Source: the human T2T-CHM13v2.0 reference genome, Homo sapiens
Assembly: GCF_009914755.1 (NCBI RefSeq)
Contig: NC_060941.1
Length of the DNA: 64,000 nucleotides
Strand: one strand, 5' to 3'
Shown: positions 17,726 through 55,287 of the stretch, one piece after another
How positions within the stretch are numbered: the stretch's first letter is position 1
Layout of the letters: each line of letters starts with the position of its first letter
Program-made: the position numbers and the translations under genes
Notes under the pieces: model-generated
The model's database searches: none
What the model was told of the DNA's origin: nothing
What the model saw: the letters and a program-made list of their open reading frames with translations, nothing else

Positions 17726-18824
17726 CTAGAATTTATTGTAACAAACTGAGAACATCTAGGCAATACTGAGAAACCAAGAGAAGGATAAGAGAAACCCCAG
17801 ATAAGTGTGGAAGGGGGTCTCACAGCAGAAGAGGCCGGCACCCACATCCAGCGTGGTCACAGTGAGGCTGTGGCCCAGGTGGAGAAGACCACCTTTGTGT
17901 GGGGGGGAGGAAGTTGGAAGGGCAGGGTGGGCGTGGCCCAAAAGTGCAATTCTGGGGGATGTTGGACCTTCTAGAACCTTCCCAGGGTTGAAGGAGAGCC
18001 AAGTGGGTGTCTCAGAGCTGCTTGGATGGAAACTTCTACTCACAACCAAAATCAACACCCTGGGTTCTCCCTGGTCTCCATCCCCAGACTCTAGGCCTGG
18101 AGGAAGCAGGAGGGGGCAGGGACCCTGGGAAGCTGTGAGGCCTCTTGCACCCCTGTCCTGGGGCAGGAATTCCTGCTCCCGGAGTTGGCCCAGGTTCATA
18201 TGCTGCCTTTGTGCTGACTGCAAAGTGGGCCCTCCTATACAGACAAAAACATGAAAACTGCAAACGCCTCCCCTTCCTGGGATGTTTGCGGCTGGACGCC
18301 CAGCCTGGTGTGCTGAGGGTAGTTGGATTTCAGAGGTCCTGGGCACTGCCTGAGCAGGGCACAGTCTGCGAGGCCGTCCTGGGCAGACCTGCCCGCTACG
18401 CCTTGTTGGGGTCCTTTCCCGGAGGTGGCAGCACAGCCGGTCAGCTGGAAGCGGGGCAGCCAGGGCTTCTGCTCCTGCATTATTGATCTGCTGCCTGGTC
18501 GTGGGTATGAATAATTAATCAGAGCGAGGAAGCACAGAAGATTGCGAGCCGAGGTGCAGCCCAGCTCCTCCCCGCCTCGCCCCTCAGGGTTGGCTCCTCT
18601 TTGCTTACTGTGCTTCTGTGGGGGAGGCTGTACGGAATCTCAAGCTTCTCCTCCTGCCCACAAGGCAGGCCCAGGAAAGGCCCCACAGCTTTGGAATTGC
18701 AACGACCCATGTCATCAGGATGGAGCTGCCTGCAGCCCCTGGACCAGGCTGGCCATCCTCACTGTGCTCCTGGCCATCTGGGACTCAGAGTCAGGCAGCC
18801 GGAGTTCAAATGCTGAATCCTTAA

Positions 18825-21194
<2,370 letters not shown>

Positions 21195-21457
21195 TCAAAT
21201 AATTAGTATCTAACTTAGAAACAAGCATGGACTCCAATTCAGTCCAGTCATCCAAGCTGTTACTGAAAACTCTCACGACAGAGCGGGCATCAGGGGCGGG
21301 CACGGCAGGCAGGAAAAGGATCTCCTGCAGCCTCCAGGAAGGTGTGGGTGGCAACCGTCAGCTGGACGCACAGTGGCCACCTCTACAGGGGACAAGGAGG
21401 CAGAGTGACACGTCTCAGCCCTGGAGATGCCAAAAGGGGTTCTCTGGAGAAGGGCTG

Positions 21458-22287
21458 TGTCATCAGACAGATCAGGAAAACGGAATGACATCGAGCTACA
21501 CGCTGTCATCAGACAGATCAGGAAAACGGAATGACATCGAGCTACACGCTGTCATCAGACAGATCAGGAAAACGGAATGACATCGAGCTACACGCTGTCA
21601 TCAGACAGATCAGGAAAACGGAATGACATCGAGCTACACGCTGTCATCAGACAGATCAGGAAAACGGAATGACATCGAGCTACACGCTGTCATCAGACAG
21701 ATCAGGAAAACGGAATGACATCGAGCTACACGCTGTCATCAGACAGATCAGGAAAACGGAATGACATCGAGCTACACGCTGTCATCAGACAGATCAGGAA
21801 AACGGAATGACATCGAGCTACACGCTGTCATCAGACAGATCAGGAAAACGGAATGACATCGAGCTACACGCTGTCATCAGACAGATCAGGAAAACGGAAT
21901 GACATCGAGCTACACGCTGTCATCAGACAGATCAGGAAAACGGAATGACATCGAGCTACACGCTGTCATCAGACAGATCAGGAAAACGGAATGACATCGA
22001 GCTACACGCTGTCATCAGACAGATCAGGAAAACGGAATGACATCGAGCTACACGCTGTCATCAGACAGATCAGGAAAACGGAATGACATCGAGCTACACG
22101 CTGTCATCAGACAGATCAGGGAAACGGAATGACATCGAGCTACACGCTGTCATCAGACAGATCAGGAAAACGGAATGACATCGAGCTACACGCTGTCATC
22201 AGACAGATCAGGAAAACGGTGAATTACATCAAGCTCAACGCTGTCATCAGACAGTCAGGAAAACCGTGAATTACGTCGAGCTAAACG
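21458..22287. repeat. 46-bp VNTR CTGTCATCAGACAGATCAGGAAAACGGAATGACATCGAGCTACACG (~18 units)
   Basis: Period 46 (cgg of aaaacgg at 21481, 21527 ... 22217). 16 near-identical units plus 2 degenerate units. Confidence 0.99.
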
Positions 22288-22629
22288 GAGCATGACAGTA
22301 AGATTTCTCAGAGACCTTCATACACCCACGTGCACCATGTACCTCCAAGAAAGGGTGGATTATGCAGTATTTCCTAAATTCGATGGGTTGCCAAGCCCCT
22401 TCTTTGAGAAATATTTTCTTGTAAAGCTAAGTTTTAGATTTGCAAACCCAAGTATTTCCGTTATTAAAAACTCTGTATACAAAAAATTATCTGTAAACAT
22501 CCTTTTAAGACGGCTGGATAATGCATATACATGATAACTTATTTATTTACTTATCATTTCTCCCATTGTGAGGCATTAAGGTGTCCAGTTTCTCTCTCTC
22601 CCATTTTTTTCCTGCCTATAATTTTTGAT

Positions 22630-22933
<304 letters not shown>

Positions 22934-23287
22934 TAAACACAGGGTTTAGGCACTGGGGGAGTGAATTCTGAAGGTGCTTCAAAAGCAGCCCTTGCTGTGG
23001 AGGCCCCACTGGGTCCACCCACTCCTGAGCCAGGGAGAAGAAGGCAGCCTGGGCTTTGCCTCCTCACTGGGTCAGCTGACTGGGTCGCCATGGCAACCAC
23101 ACAGGCCTGGAAGAGGGAGGGTGCTCCTGGGATGGGGCTAGACGTGGAAGCCCCAGGGCCAGGTGGCTGGGAGCCTGGGACACTGGGGCTGACCAGACCA
23201 GATGGCTGGGGGACCCCCTGGGAATGGGGGGCTAAACTGCCTTTGGAAAGTGCCAGGTGAACACAGGTCTCAGCCAGAAGCCTCAGA

Positions 23288-23501
23288 CAGAGCCCCTTTC
23301 CTTCGTGGTAAGCCATTTGGAGGACCGGTGGCTGTAGCGAGATATCCGGTGAAGAGGCACCACGGATGCTGGAAAATCTGGGTAATGGGATTGAACCTGG
23401 ATCTAATAATAAGCAAGTGTGATTTGCTCTCACCTGTAAAACCAGACCCCCACAGTCTTCCCAGAACTCATCCATCTGTTGGGGGCTTTGGGAAGTCCCA
23501 G
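23288..23501 (+). repeat. Copy 1 of a ~210-bp dispersed direct repeat (copy 2 at 26408-26618)
   Basis: Aligns by eye: ggcaccacggatgctgga..gtaatgggattgaacc..gtgtgatttgctctcacc..cacagtcttcccagaactcatcc..tttgggaagtcccag. Confidence 0.93.
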
Positions 23502-23519
23502 CCTCCAATCTGCTCTCTG

Positions 23520-24205
23520 CCCCAGTAGGAATGCTCTCACCTCCCCAGTGGGAATGCTCTCACCTCCCCAGTGGGAATGCTCTCCCCTCCCCAGTGGGAA
23601 TGCTCTCCCCTCCCCAGTGGGAATGCTCTCACCTCCCCAGTGGGAATGTTCACCTCCCTAGTGGGAATGCTCCCTCCCCAGTGGGAATGCTCTCCCCTCC
23701 CCAGTGGGAATGCTCTCACCTCCCCAGTGGGAATGTTCACCTCCCTAGTGGGAATGCTCCCTCTCCAGTGGGAATGCTCTCACCTCTCCAGTGGGAATGC
23801 TCTCACCTCCCCAGTGGGAATGTTCCCCTCCCCAGTGGGAATGCTCTCACCTCCCCAGTGGGAATGTTCCCCTCCCCAGTGGGAATGCTCTCACCTCCCC
23901 AGTGGGAATGTTCCCCTCCCCAGTGGGAATGCTCTCACCTCCCCAGTGGGAATGTTCTCACCTCCCCAGTGGGAATGTTCTCACCTCCCCAGTGGGAATG
24001 TTCACCTCCCTAGTGGGAATGCTCCCTCCCCAGTGGGAATGTTCCCCTCCCCAGTGGGAATGCTCTCACCTCCCCAGTGGGAATGTTCTCACCTCCCCAG
24101 TGGGAATGTTCACCTCCCCAGTGGGAATGCTCTCACCTCCCCAGTGGGAATGTTCTCATCTCCCCAGTGGGAATGCTCTCACCTCCGCAGTGGGAATGTT
24201 CCCTA
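23520..24205. repeat. Minisatellite, 23-bp unit CCCCAGTGGGAATGCTCTCACCT with shorter variants (~31 units)
   Basis: ggaatg at 23528, 23551, 23574 and so on. Confidence 0.98.
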
Positions 24206-24517
24206 GTGCAAAGGGCAGATTGGAGGCTGGGTCGCCAGAAGCAGATGAGCCCTCGTTCCTGCCTTCGTATGTGCTGGTGTTTTCAAAGTTTCCCCACTTG
24301 TTTTTCACTGGATAGAGGCTTTTCTTCCACAAATTTCTCAATTTGGTTTGAATTTTATGTTCCTCAAGGAAGTGGCAAGAGGGTGCCCTTGTACACAGTT
24401 GACTGTCAGGGGAAGGTGTTTCTGGGTGAGAGGAGAGCCTGGTCTTCTTGGGACATTTCCAGGAATGCAGGAGCAAGACTATGGTGCAAGGACCAGGTCC
24501 CAGAGGCCCCTGTCTGA

Positions 24518-25336
<819 letters not shown>

Positions 25337-25849
25337 GAAACCCCATCTAAGTTCTCTGCACCAAACTGATACCAGCCGTCGCTCATGGCTGGGGGAGTCG
25401 CTATGGGACTGGAGGTGAGAAAGGCAGTCTCCAGTTTTTATCCCATATACCTTGTTTCGTTGGAACCTTACACCAAGCATTTATAGATGTATTACCTTTA
25501 TCATTTATAATTTAATTGAAAAAATAGGAATGTCTGAGGGAGAACAGATGATTCCCTGTAATCCATTAGCTGAAGCAATCAATGTGAAGAGCTGAACATT
25601 TTTCTTCCGGGCTTTTAAAAAGAAATTTGTGACATACAGCTATAGTCGCTTTATAATAAAAGGGCTCTAGTAAGTGGCCTTTGCATGGTAGCTGGACTTC
25701 GAGGGGCTTTTAAGTAGCAGATCCCTTCTGTCTCCCACAAACCTGCCTCCTTAAGATGCATCAGCCTCACCTGACTGAAATGACACCAAAACACCAGGCG
25801 TCCTGAGCTGCTGGAGGGGCTGGAAGCCCTGAGAAGCTCCCTCTCCCCG

Positions 25850-30500
<4,651 letters not shown>

Positions 30501-30649
30501 CTGTTTTGTTTTTTGATGGTAGCCATTCTGACGGGTATGAGTTATAAGCCTACAGTTTTATATCCTCCTGATTGTCCCCAATAACAGGGAGGATAAAAAT
30601 GGAATGAACATACGGACATTGATCAGACAGGCATCAGGACCTGCCAGTA

Positions 30650-34615
<3,966 letters not shown>

Positions 34616-34834
34616 CTAATTGGATCAAAATTGGATCAACAGCACTGGAGAAGTAGATTCTGGCATTGCTACTGCTGTTTTTAAAACCCCGCTTTTGCTG
34701 GTGATGCTAACATGTAAAAAGGATTGAGCATGCCTGCAGTAATGAATGGACAAACAGGAGGTGGAGTGTTCCAAAGAATAGGTAGCACTATGGAAACCAT
34801 AAGACTTTGAGTCTAAAAGGAACCTTGCAAAGGA

Positions 34835-35190
34835 GGTCATCTGCCTCCTCCGCCCTGCTTCCATGGTCATTTGCCTCCTCCGCCCTGCTTCCCGGTCATC
34901 GCCTCCTCCGCCCTGCTTCCGGGGTCATCCGCCTCCTCCGCCCTGTTTCCGGGGTCATCTGCCTCCTGCTTCCGGGGTCATCCGCCTCCTCCGCCCTGTT
35001 TCCGGGGTCATCTGCCTCCTCCGCCCTGCTTCCGGGGTCATCGCCTCCTGCTTCCGGGGTCATCGCCTCCTCCGCCCTGCTTCCGGGGTCATCGCCTCCT
35101 CCGCCCTGCTTCCGGGGTCATCTGCCTCCTCCGCCCTGTTTCCGGGGTCATCTGCCTCCTCCGCCCTGTTTCCGGGGTCATCCACCTCCT
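34835..35190. repeat. GC/CpG-rich minisatellite, 30-bp unit CCGGGGTCATCYGCCTCCTCCGCCCTGYTT with shorter variants (~13 units)
   Basis: Directly visible tandem units. Confidence 0.96.
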
Positions 35191-35359
35191 CTACCCTACC
35201 TCCATGAAAACTATTCCTGGCGCTCTCTAAAGAGATCAGTGCTACCCTCCACTCCAGGGTCATCTCGCTTGGCCTCTCTACTTTTTATATCCACAAGGTC
35301 AAGAAATAGCCCAGACATTCCTCTCAGCCAATTGGAGCACTCGACGGAGCCCAGTTCAT

Positions 35360-35362
<3 letters not shown>

Positions 35363-35398
<36 letters not shown>

Positions 35399-35412
35399 AC
35401 ACTCACACACTC
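35363..35412. repeat. (CA)n microsatellite, interrupted
   Basis: CA run with CT interruptions. Confidence 0.95.
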
Positions 35413-35792
35413 AGAAACCACAGGGCTGTAGATATAACGGCAGTCTGGCAGTTGGAGAATGTATCCTGCTTTCAAGATTTTTCAAAAGGAAAATCAAGTG
35501 TTGCTTGGTTATTTTAATGGAATAAAAATTGGAAACCACTTTAAAGTTAAACATAGGATGTTGGTTATATTTGAAAAGTTAATTAATCAGGGGTTGGGCA
35601 TCTGCATAATAAAATTCAATGCAGCCATTACAAAGTATGCTTCATATGAAAGTTTAATGACACGAGAAGCTATGCATGCTGTTACATGAAAAATGGATGT
35701 ACCATATGATCCCAATTTTGTAAAAAAAAAATGCTTGGAAGTTTTTAGACATTTAAAACAAAAATATGCAGTGTTAACAGCTATTATCATAG

Positions 35793-36152
<360 letters not shown>

Positions 36153-37085
36153 TGATCCATATTTTCTATAATAAACACATATTGATTTTGTCAGAAAAAA
36201 ATGTAATAAAAATGCTTAGATGCTAGACCAGTGGATTGATCCATGAAAATTTGCCATTTTCAACAGAAGATTGCTGGGAGCTTTGGGCTAAAATAAAATT
36301 TCATACCATAATCAAAGACATTCAAATAATAACAATATAGATTCTTTCCTGGAATAAACAACTTCTTTAAGGCAAATGTCCACATTTCCTTGGAGTTAAA
36401 TATTAATCTGATAGAACTCAGCCTAGGAGATGAAATTTAGTTTATGTGAAATTTTTATGAACTAATAAATGGGCTGGATCAAACAGCAGGACCAGAATAG
36501 AGTCACAAAGAGGTGTTACAAGATCAAGCATTTACTGTGAATTCTCCATTGCTTTCTTAAAAGGGTATCAACTTGGATGAGGCACTTACCTACCTAGCGT
36601 CTACAGCATAGCACCTACACGCCTAGACAGTGTCCCGGGTGGGAAGCCGTGCTGGAAGCGGAAAGCGGCTGTGAGAAGGGAAATTAGCAAGACCCTTATC
36701 CGAGGCGAGCTGGGAGAGCCACTCTTGGGTTCTCTTTGCATAGGTCACCTTCAGCAGGAAGTTTAAAAGCTGGAACCATGTTCAGTTAAATATAAATATC
36801 AAGTCGTGCTTGATGGGGTTCCAGAGGAGCCACGGCCCAGACGCCATAGTCGCCAACTGTGCACCACCATAAATGATCGGATATGATCCGATGCACAGGG
36901 CTCACGGCTCCATTAATGGTTCAGTGCTCCAATCTCCTACCAGAGTGGAGCTTCTGAAGTGCTCTTGGCTAAACAGAACAGTCTCCATCCATCCATTAAG
37001 AAACATGTTTTCAATACTGATGTTTTCAAAGCAACCTATTTCTCTTGTTAAAAACATAATTCAAATAATTTAAAAATGCAGTCTG

Positions 37086-38680
<1,595 letters not shown>

Positions 38681-38741
38681 GATAGTTTTTGTCTTTGTTT
38701 TCTTTTTAAAGTGTACAATTCTGGCTGGGTGCGGTGGCTCA

Positions 38742-39101
<360 letters not shown>

Positions 39102-39186
39102 TCATGATTCCAAAAGAAATCACCATACCCGTTATGCAGTCCCTCCCATAGGTTTTAAAACAAGGAGGAAGTGGCCTGGCACGGGT

Positions 39187-40110
39187 CTCTGACCCAGTAC
39201 CCCACAGAGACAGCCGGAAGGACTCTGAGCCAGTACCCCACAGAGACAGCCGGAAGGACTCTGAGCCAGTACCCCACAGAGACTGCTGGAAGGACTCTGA
39301 TCCAGTACCCCACAGAGAAACACTGGAAGGACTCTGACCCGGTATCCCACAGAGATAGCCGGAAGGACTCTGACCCTGTACCCCACATAGATAGCCGGAA
39401 GGACTCTGAGCCAGTACCCCACAGAGACCGCTGGAAGGACTCTGATCCAGTACCCCACAGAGAAACCCTGGAAGGACTCTGACCCAGTACCCCACAGAGA
39501 TAGCCAGAAGGACTCTGACCCTGTACCCCACAGAGATAGCTGGAAGGACTCTGAGCCAGTACCCCACAGAGACAGCCAGAAGGACTCTGACCCAGTACCC
39601 CACAGAGACCGCTGGAAGGACTCTGATCCAGTATCCCACAGAGAAACACTGGAAGGACTCTGACCCAGTACCCCACAGAGACCACTGGAAGGACTCTGAC
39701 CCAGTACCCCACAGGGACCACTGGAAGGACTCTGGCCCGGTACCCCACAGAGACTGCTGGAAGGACTCTGACCCAGTACCCCACAGAAACCATGGGAAGG
39801 ACTCTGACCCAGTACTCCAGAGGGCCCACTGGAAGGACTCTGACCCAGTACCCGACAGAGACCACTGGAAGGACCCTGACCAAGTACACCACAGAGACTG
39901 CTGGAAGGACTCTGACCCGGTACCTCAGAGGGCCCACTGGAAGGACTCTAAGCCAGTACCCCACAGAGACCGCTAGAAGGACTCTGACTCGGTACTCCAC
40001 AGAGATTGCTAGAAGGACTCTGACCCAGTACCCCACAGAGACCACTGGAAGGACTCTGACCCAGTACCCCACAGAGACAGCTGGAAGGACTCTGACCCAG
40101 TACCCCACAG
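39187..40110. repeat. 36-bp minisatellite CTGGAAGGACTCTGACCCAGTACCCCACAGAGACNN (~26 units)
   Basis: cagtac at 39195 and 39231; 12-aa periodic ORFs in the track. Confidence 0.98.
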
Positions 40111-41132
40111 TTCTAAGGAAGAGGGTTAGTCCACGGAGCTGCAGAGGTGCCCGCTCCGGCTCTATGGGGTCAGCAGGAGGTGACTCAGGACCACCTCTGA
40201 AGATGGGCTTTGGGTCCTGAGCTCATGCACACAAGCAAATTGGTGTTAAAACCCGACAGCGTTTGCTTGTATTCCTTTCCCCAGTCACTCAGCAACCACT
40301 TAATGCAGACAGTGTGCCAGATGCTGAGGCCACTGCCCCTGGGGTGAGTTATGAGGGGGTCAGCCTCTCCTTCCTTTGCCTTCCCATCCCCACCGAGAGA
40401 GGAGAAGCAACTCCGGCATGGGGTGGGAGGGCAGGACGTTGGGAGGCAGAGGGAACTCCATAGAGCTTCCCCGGAGACTAGGGAGTGGTGGGGAGGACAG
40501 GCCACTGGTGCCAGCCTGTGACTGCTCCCGCCTATGTCCCCTCCCTCACAGTTCCCCTGGGAGTGCCAGCCCCTTGACCGGTGGGATGCGGCCCACCAAA
40601 AACCCAGGGCATCCTTAGCAGAGACCTCTCTCAGACACTGGCAGCTTCAAGGGATTACGTGGCTCAGTTGGCAGCATCTCAGGGGGGTCCAGTGTGGATT
40701 TGAGTGTTTTCCTCAAATGCCCGGACGGTGAAAGACTCTTGGGAACTCTGCATAACGCAAGAGGCAAAGGGAAGGAGACTCAGTATGACTAAGATTGATT
40801 TCACTTTTGGTAGCCCAGTAGGATAGGGGCTCCGAGATGGGTTGAGCCTAATTCAGGAGTGACATGACAGTTTCTGCATAAAGTTCATGCACATGATACA
40901 GAGATGAACAGCACATGCCCCCCAGCTCTCCGGGGACTGGCAGTCTAGTGGAAAACTGCCCGGGCCCCCACATTATTTCTTGAGAACATTCTGAGGAATT
41001 TTGTACCCTGGTGATCCTTTATTTGATGTTGTCTCTACAAGTTCGCAAAGTTGCTACAGCCCATTGTGCAGATAAAAAAACGAAACTCGAGTAATTTAGT
41101 GACTTTCTTATAGCCTAATAGTATCCGATTCA

Positions 41133-45322
<4,190 letters not shown>

Positions 45323-45599
45323 TCACCTTCGACAAGCGTCTCAATACTTAATTTTGTAAAATGAGACTGATAATTTCTATCTTAACCAAAAGATTATTAT
45401 GAAGCCAAAAAACAGATAATACATGAAAAAATACTGTGTAAGTTACTATAGATCTGTTATCCATATACAATGTTACGTGTTATGACTGCACCTCATCTCA
45501 CTAATCATATTCTGCCTTGTATCATACTAACCTGAGTATCTGCCTTAATTCCCTCGAGCACCGAGATTAGAAACTCGTATGGGGCCATGTTGGTCTTTT

Positions 45600-45917
45600 T
45601 GAGGCAGGAAAATAGGGTCTGGAGTCAGGGAACATAAGGCACATTCACACTTCAGCTATGACAGGAAACATCCCCTCCGTGGGGCGTAAGCCAAGTAAAT
45701 GACTTTGTAACTTTCCTACCTCCTCTCCTTTCACATACGGCGTACCCCAAGTAGAGGGTATTCAAACTCACAAAAACTCTGCAAGGCGGCCTCTGAGCCC
45801 CTGTGCCCGGGCTGCCCCCACACTGTGGAGTGTGCTTTCATTTCCAATAAATCCCTCACTGCTCCCTTGCTTGCTTTGTGCGTTTTGTCCAGTTCCTTGT
45901 TCAAGACGCCAAGAACG
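45600..45917 (+). mobile_element. ERV1 LTR, MER51-like, 3' end cut by an Alu
   Basis: Starts tgaggcaggaaaatagggtctggagtcagggaacataaggc; has LTR poly(A) signal aataaa and ..ttgttcaagacgccaagaac. Confidence 0.75.
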
Positions 45918-51310
<5,393 letters not shown>

Positions 51311-51847
51311 AAAATAACTTTCTGTCTCCCCTTATACACAGCAGGCCGGCTACCTCCAGTCCAGCACAGTGAACTGGTGCTACAAGGGCCAACCCAGGCT
51401 CTGCCCCAAAGCAGGAGCTGAGACCGTTTCCTAGAAGGCAGGCCCACTGGAAATGTCTCCACCAAAAGCAGCTACAAACGAATATGACCTTCAGGTATTA
51501 AGGCTTTGGTTCTCTAGAAAACTGTCACGGCACTGAGGTAACTTGACAACCCATAATCGCTGTTCTCCATGTAAACTGTGGCTCTATTTGTCCAAGGTGA
51601 AGTATCGTAAATTGAAATGAAGTACTCAATTGTAAATTTTTTTTTTAAATTTCCAAATTAAGCTAAATTAAAAAAACAAAAATTGCCAAAACCTTAACCT
51701 ACAAAATAAACTTTTTGGACAGTAGCCACCTGAGCTCTAAATAATTGTATCATTTATATTTCAAATCTAATACACTGGTGAATATGCGTATTGCAGCTTT
51801 TCCAAGACACGTATTAATCATGAAACATGTACTGACCTCGAAAATGT

Positions 51848-52175
<328 letters not shown>

Positions 52176-52403
52176 TTAGAATATATTAATAAGGGGGAAT
52201 ATAGTATTTCAAGAAAATAGTTTTAATGAAGAGCAAAAGGTAGTATGGCCTAATGAGACTCTTCAGTGACACAGATGAACTGAATTCTGTATTTGAATTA
52301 TTAGCCATGCAGCTTTCAGCAAGTTCCTTAACTACTTCCCATTCAGCTTTTCCCATCTGCACAATGCAGGCTCACCTGATTATTATTGAGCGCTTACGTG
52401 TGA

Positions 52404-52772
<369 letters not shown>

Positions 52773-53526
52773 AATGTTAGCTAAATATTAACAGTATCTA
52801 TTACAATCCTACGAACTCAAAGAAACAGGATAAAACAACACAGGGCTTGGTTTTCCTGATCCAGGTTGGATCTGGGAGCATTCCCATTTCCTCTCACAGT
52901 GCTCACAAAGGCTTCCTTTAATGACACACTCTAGGATTTCACCAGTTTTCCATGAACTATTACTTGTTACAATTTTCAAAAGAACACAGGGGTCACACCT
53001 TTATCCCGCTTTTTCAGCAAGCCTCACTCTCCTCTATTGTCCTAGGATCAGGAAGCAGCTAATTTGGGGTCTCATTTATAAGGCTCAAGGCATTTGTCTG
53101 GGACAGAAGCCAATTAATGTCTCCATTTATCCCACCAGTTTCCCCTTTCAGTGATGGAAGTTCATCCCCATCTTCCTATAGGACCGAAATTTAACTTTGC
53201 AGACGTGCTGTTCTGAGGACCCACCCGGAACAGAGCATGTACACAAACCCACTTACTGTCGCTTCTAACATTGTAGGAAGCCTTTGGGTTTTCCAAGGCA
53301 GCAAAGTACTGAGATTTGTAATTAAAAACACATATTAGCTACATTCAAGTTGTAACTAACTAAAAACTTCTACTTAAGTCGACTGATCCTCAAAGTAAGA
53401 CTCAAATCAAAACCAGAAAAGTTTGGGGGCAATTCCCTTTCCAGCCCACAAATACAGGAACTGGGAGTGACACCGTCCTCACAGGGCTACGGCACCTTTC
53501 TGCAGCTTCCCTGGCTCCCTTTCAAT

Positions 53527-54172
<646 letters not shown>

Positions 54173-55211
54173 GAGTGGTTTCTTTAAACTCTGCAACAGA
54201 CTTGACGAATTCCTTGGATTTTGACCTTTAAGTGTAGCAGGTGTGCTGGAAACAGAGCAAATCAACTTGAAAGCTTCTTGGAGGTTGCTCCAAACAGCAG
54301 CATATAATTATATTCAATGGTCTCCCTATCTCTCGGAAAAGCAACTCACAAAAACATGTTTATTCTCATTGCCAGCACTCACTAAACGCTACTAGGATAT
54401 CGCTGATCTGTTCATTTCCTAAATCTCTGCTACTAACACTTTAAACCGAGAGTAAACTTGCAGTCTCAACATCCAATTTTAGAAGACAAGTGTGACGAGG
54501 AAGGATTTATCAACTGAAAAATGTTTACTGACACAGGGAATCTAGAAATGTACCTTCCAGATACATACAAATATTTAAGCAAAAACTGTTCCAAGGGTAT
54601 TTCCTGCAGCACCTGCCCAAAAGGAGCAAACTGGTCTTAACAAAATCAGGTGTACATCAATGTTACGCAGTCAGAATGAGACACATCTGAATGCCTAACA
54701 TAAAAAGATCTACAGTAACTAGGTATCTATACACATTGATGTATAAACTGTTTATGGAAAGAAGCTTCTTATACAGTGTTTCTGGAAAGGGAGACTGCTA
54801 TCCTGCTGTCTATAATGTGTGTATGGATTACTAAGAAAGGATTGAGTAATTCTCCACTACTGCCACTAGCCTCTGGAGGAAGAGGGCACACAGTTTTTAC
54901 CTCTAAGAATTATTATAAGACATTCAGCCTTATTTGGTTGTATGAAATACTATGCTAGAAAATGATCCATAATTACACCTTGTACTACTCATGTTGTACT
55001 TTAATGATTAAAATAAATACCATGTTGCTGCCTGGTCTGGAGGACAAGACACACCATCAACTGACTCAGTGTTCTTCACAACCAGACTACAGGCAATTTT
55101 TTTCCAAAACATACATCTTTGGGAAGCAAACAAATTATTTATGGAAGAAAAAAGGAGGAATGTTTCACATTCAGGCAAACATAATACTGTCAGTGTGTTT
55201 GGACTAGAGAT

Positions 55212-55287
55212 TTTATTTTAGAAGTATAAAGGATGGAGGCGCGATATTTGGCATTTTTAATTTAGGTTTGTTTTATTTAAGTTTAAT
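55212..55287 (-). terminator. YWHAE polyadenylation signal cluster
   Basis: Plus-strand TTTATT at 55272-55277 and 55212-55217, TTTAAT at 55256-55261 and 55282-55287 (AATAAA/ATTAAA on the minus strand). Confidence 0.8.

Noticed and set aside
21458-22287. CRISPR-like regular array
   Set aside because: Head-to-tail identical units with no unique spacers, no cas genes, primate context.
23531-24315. Repetitive ORFs (PPQWECS / SPVGM repeats)
   Set aside because: Translation of the 23-bp VNTR.
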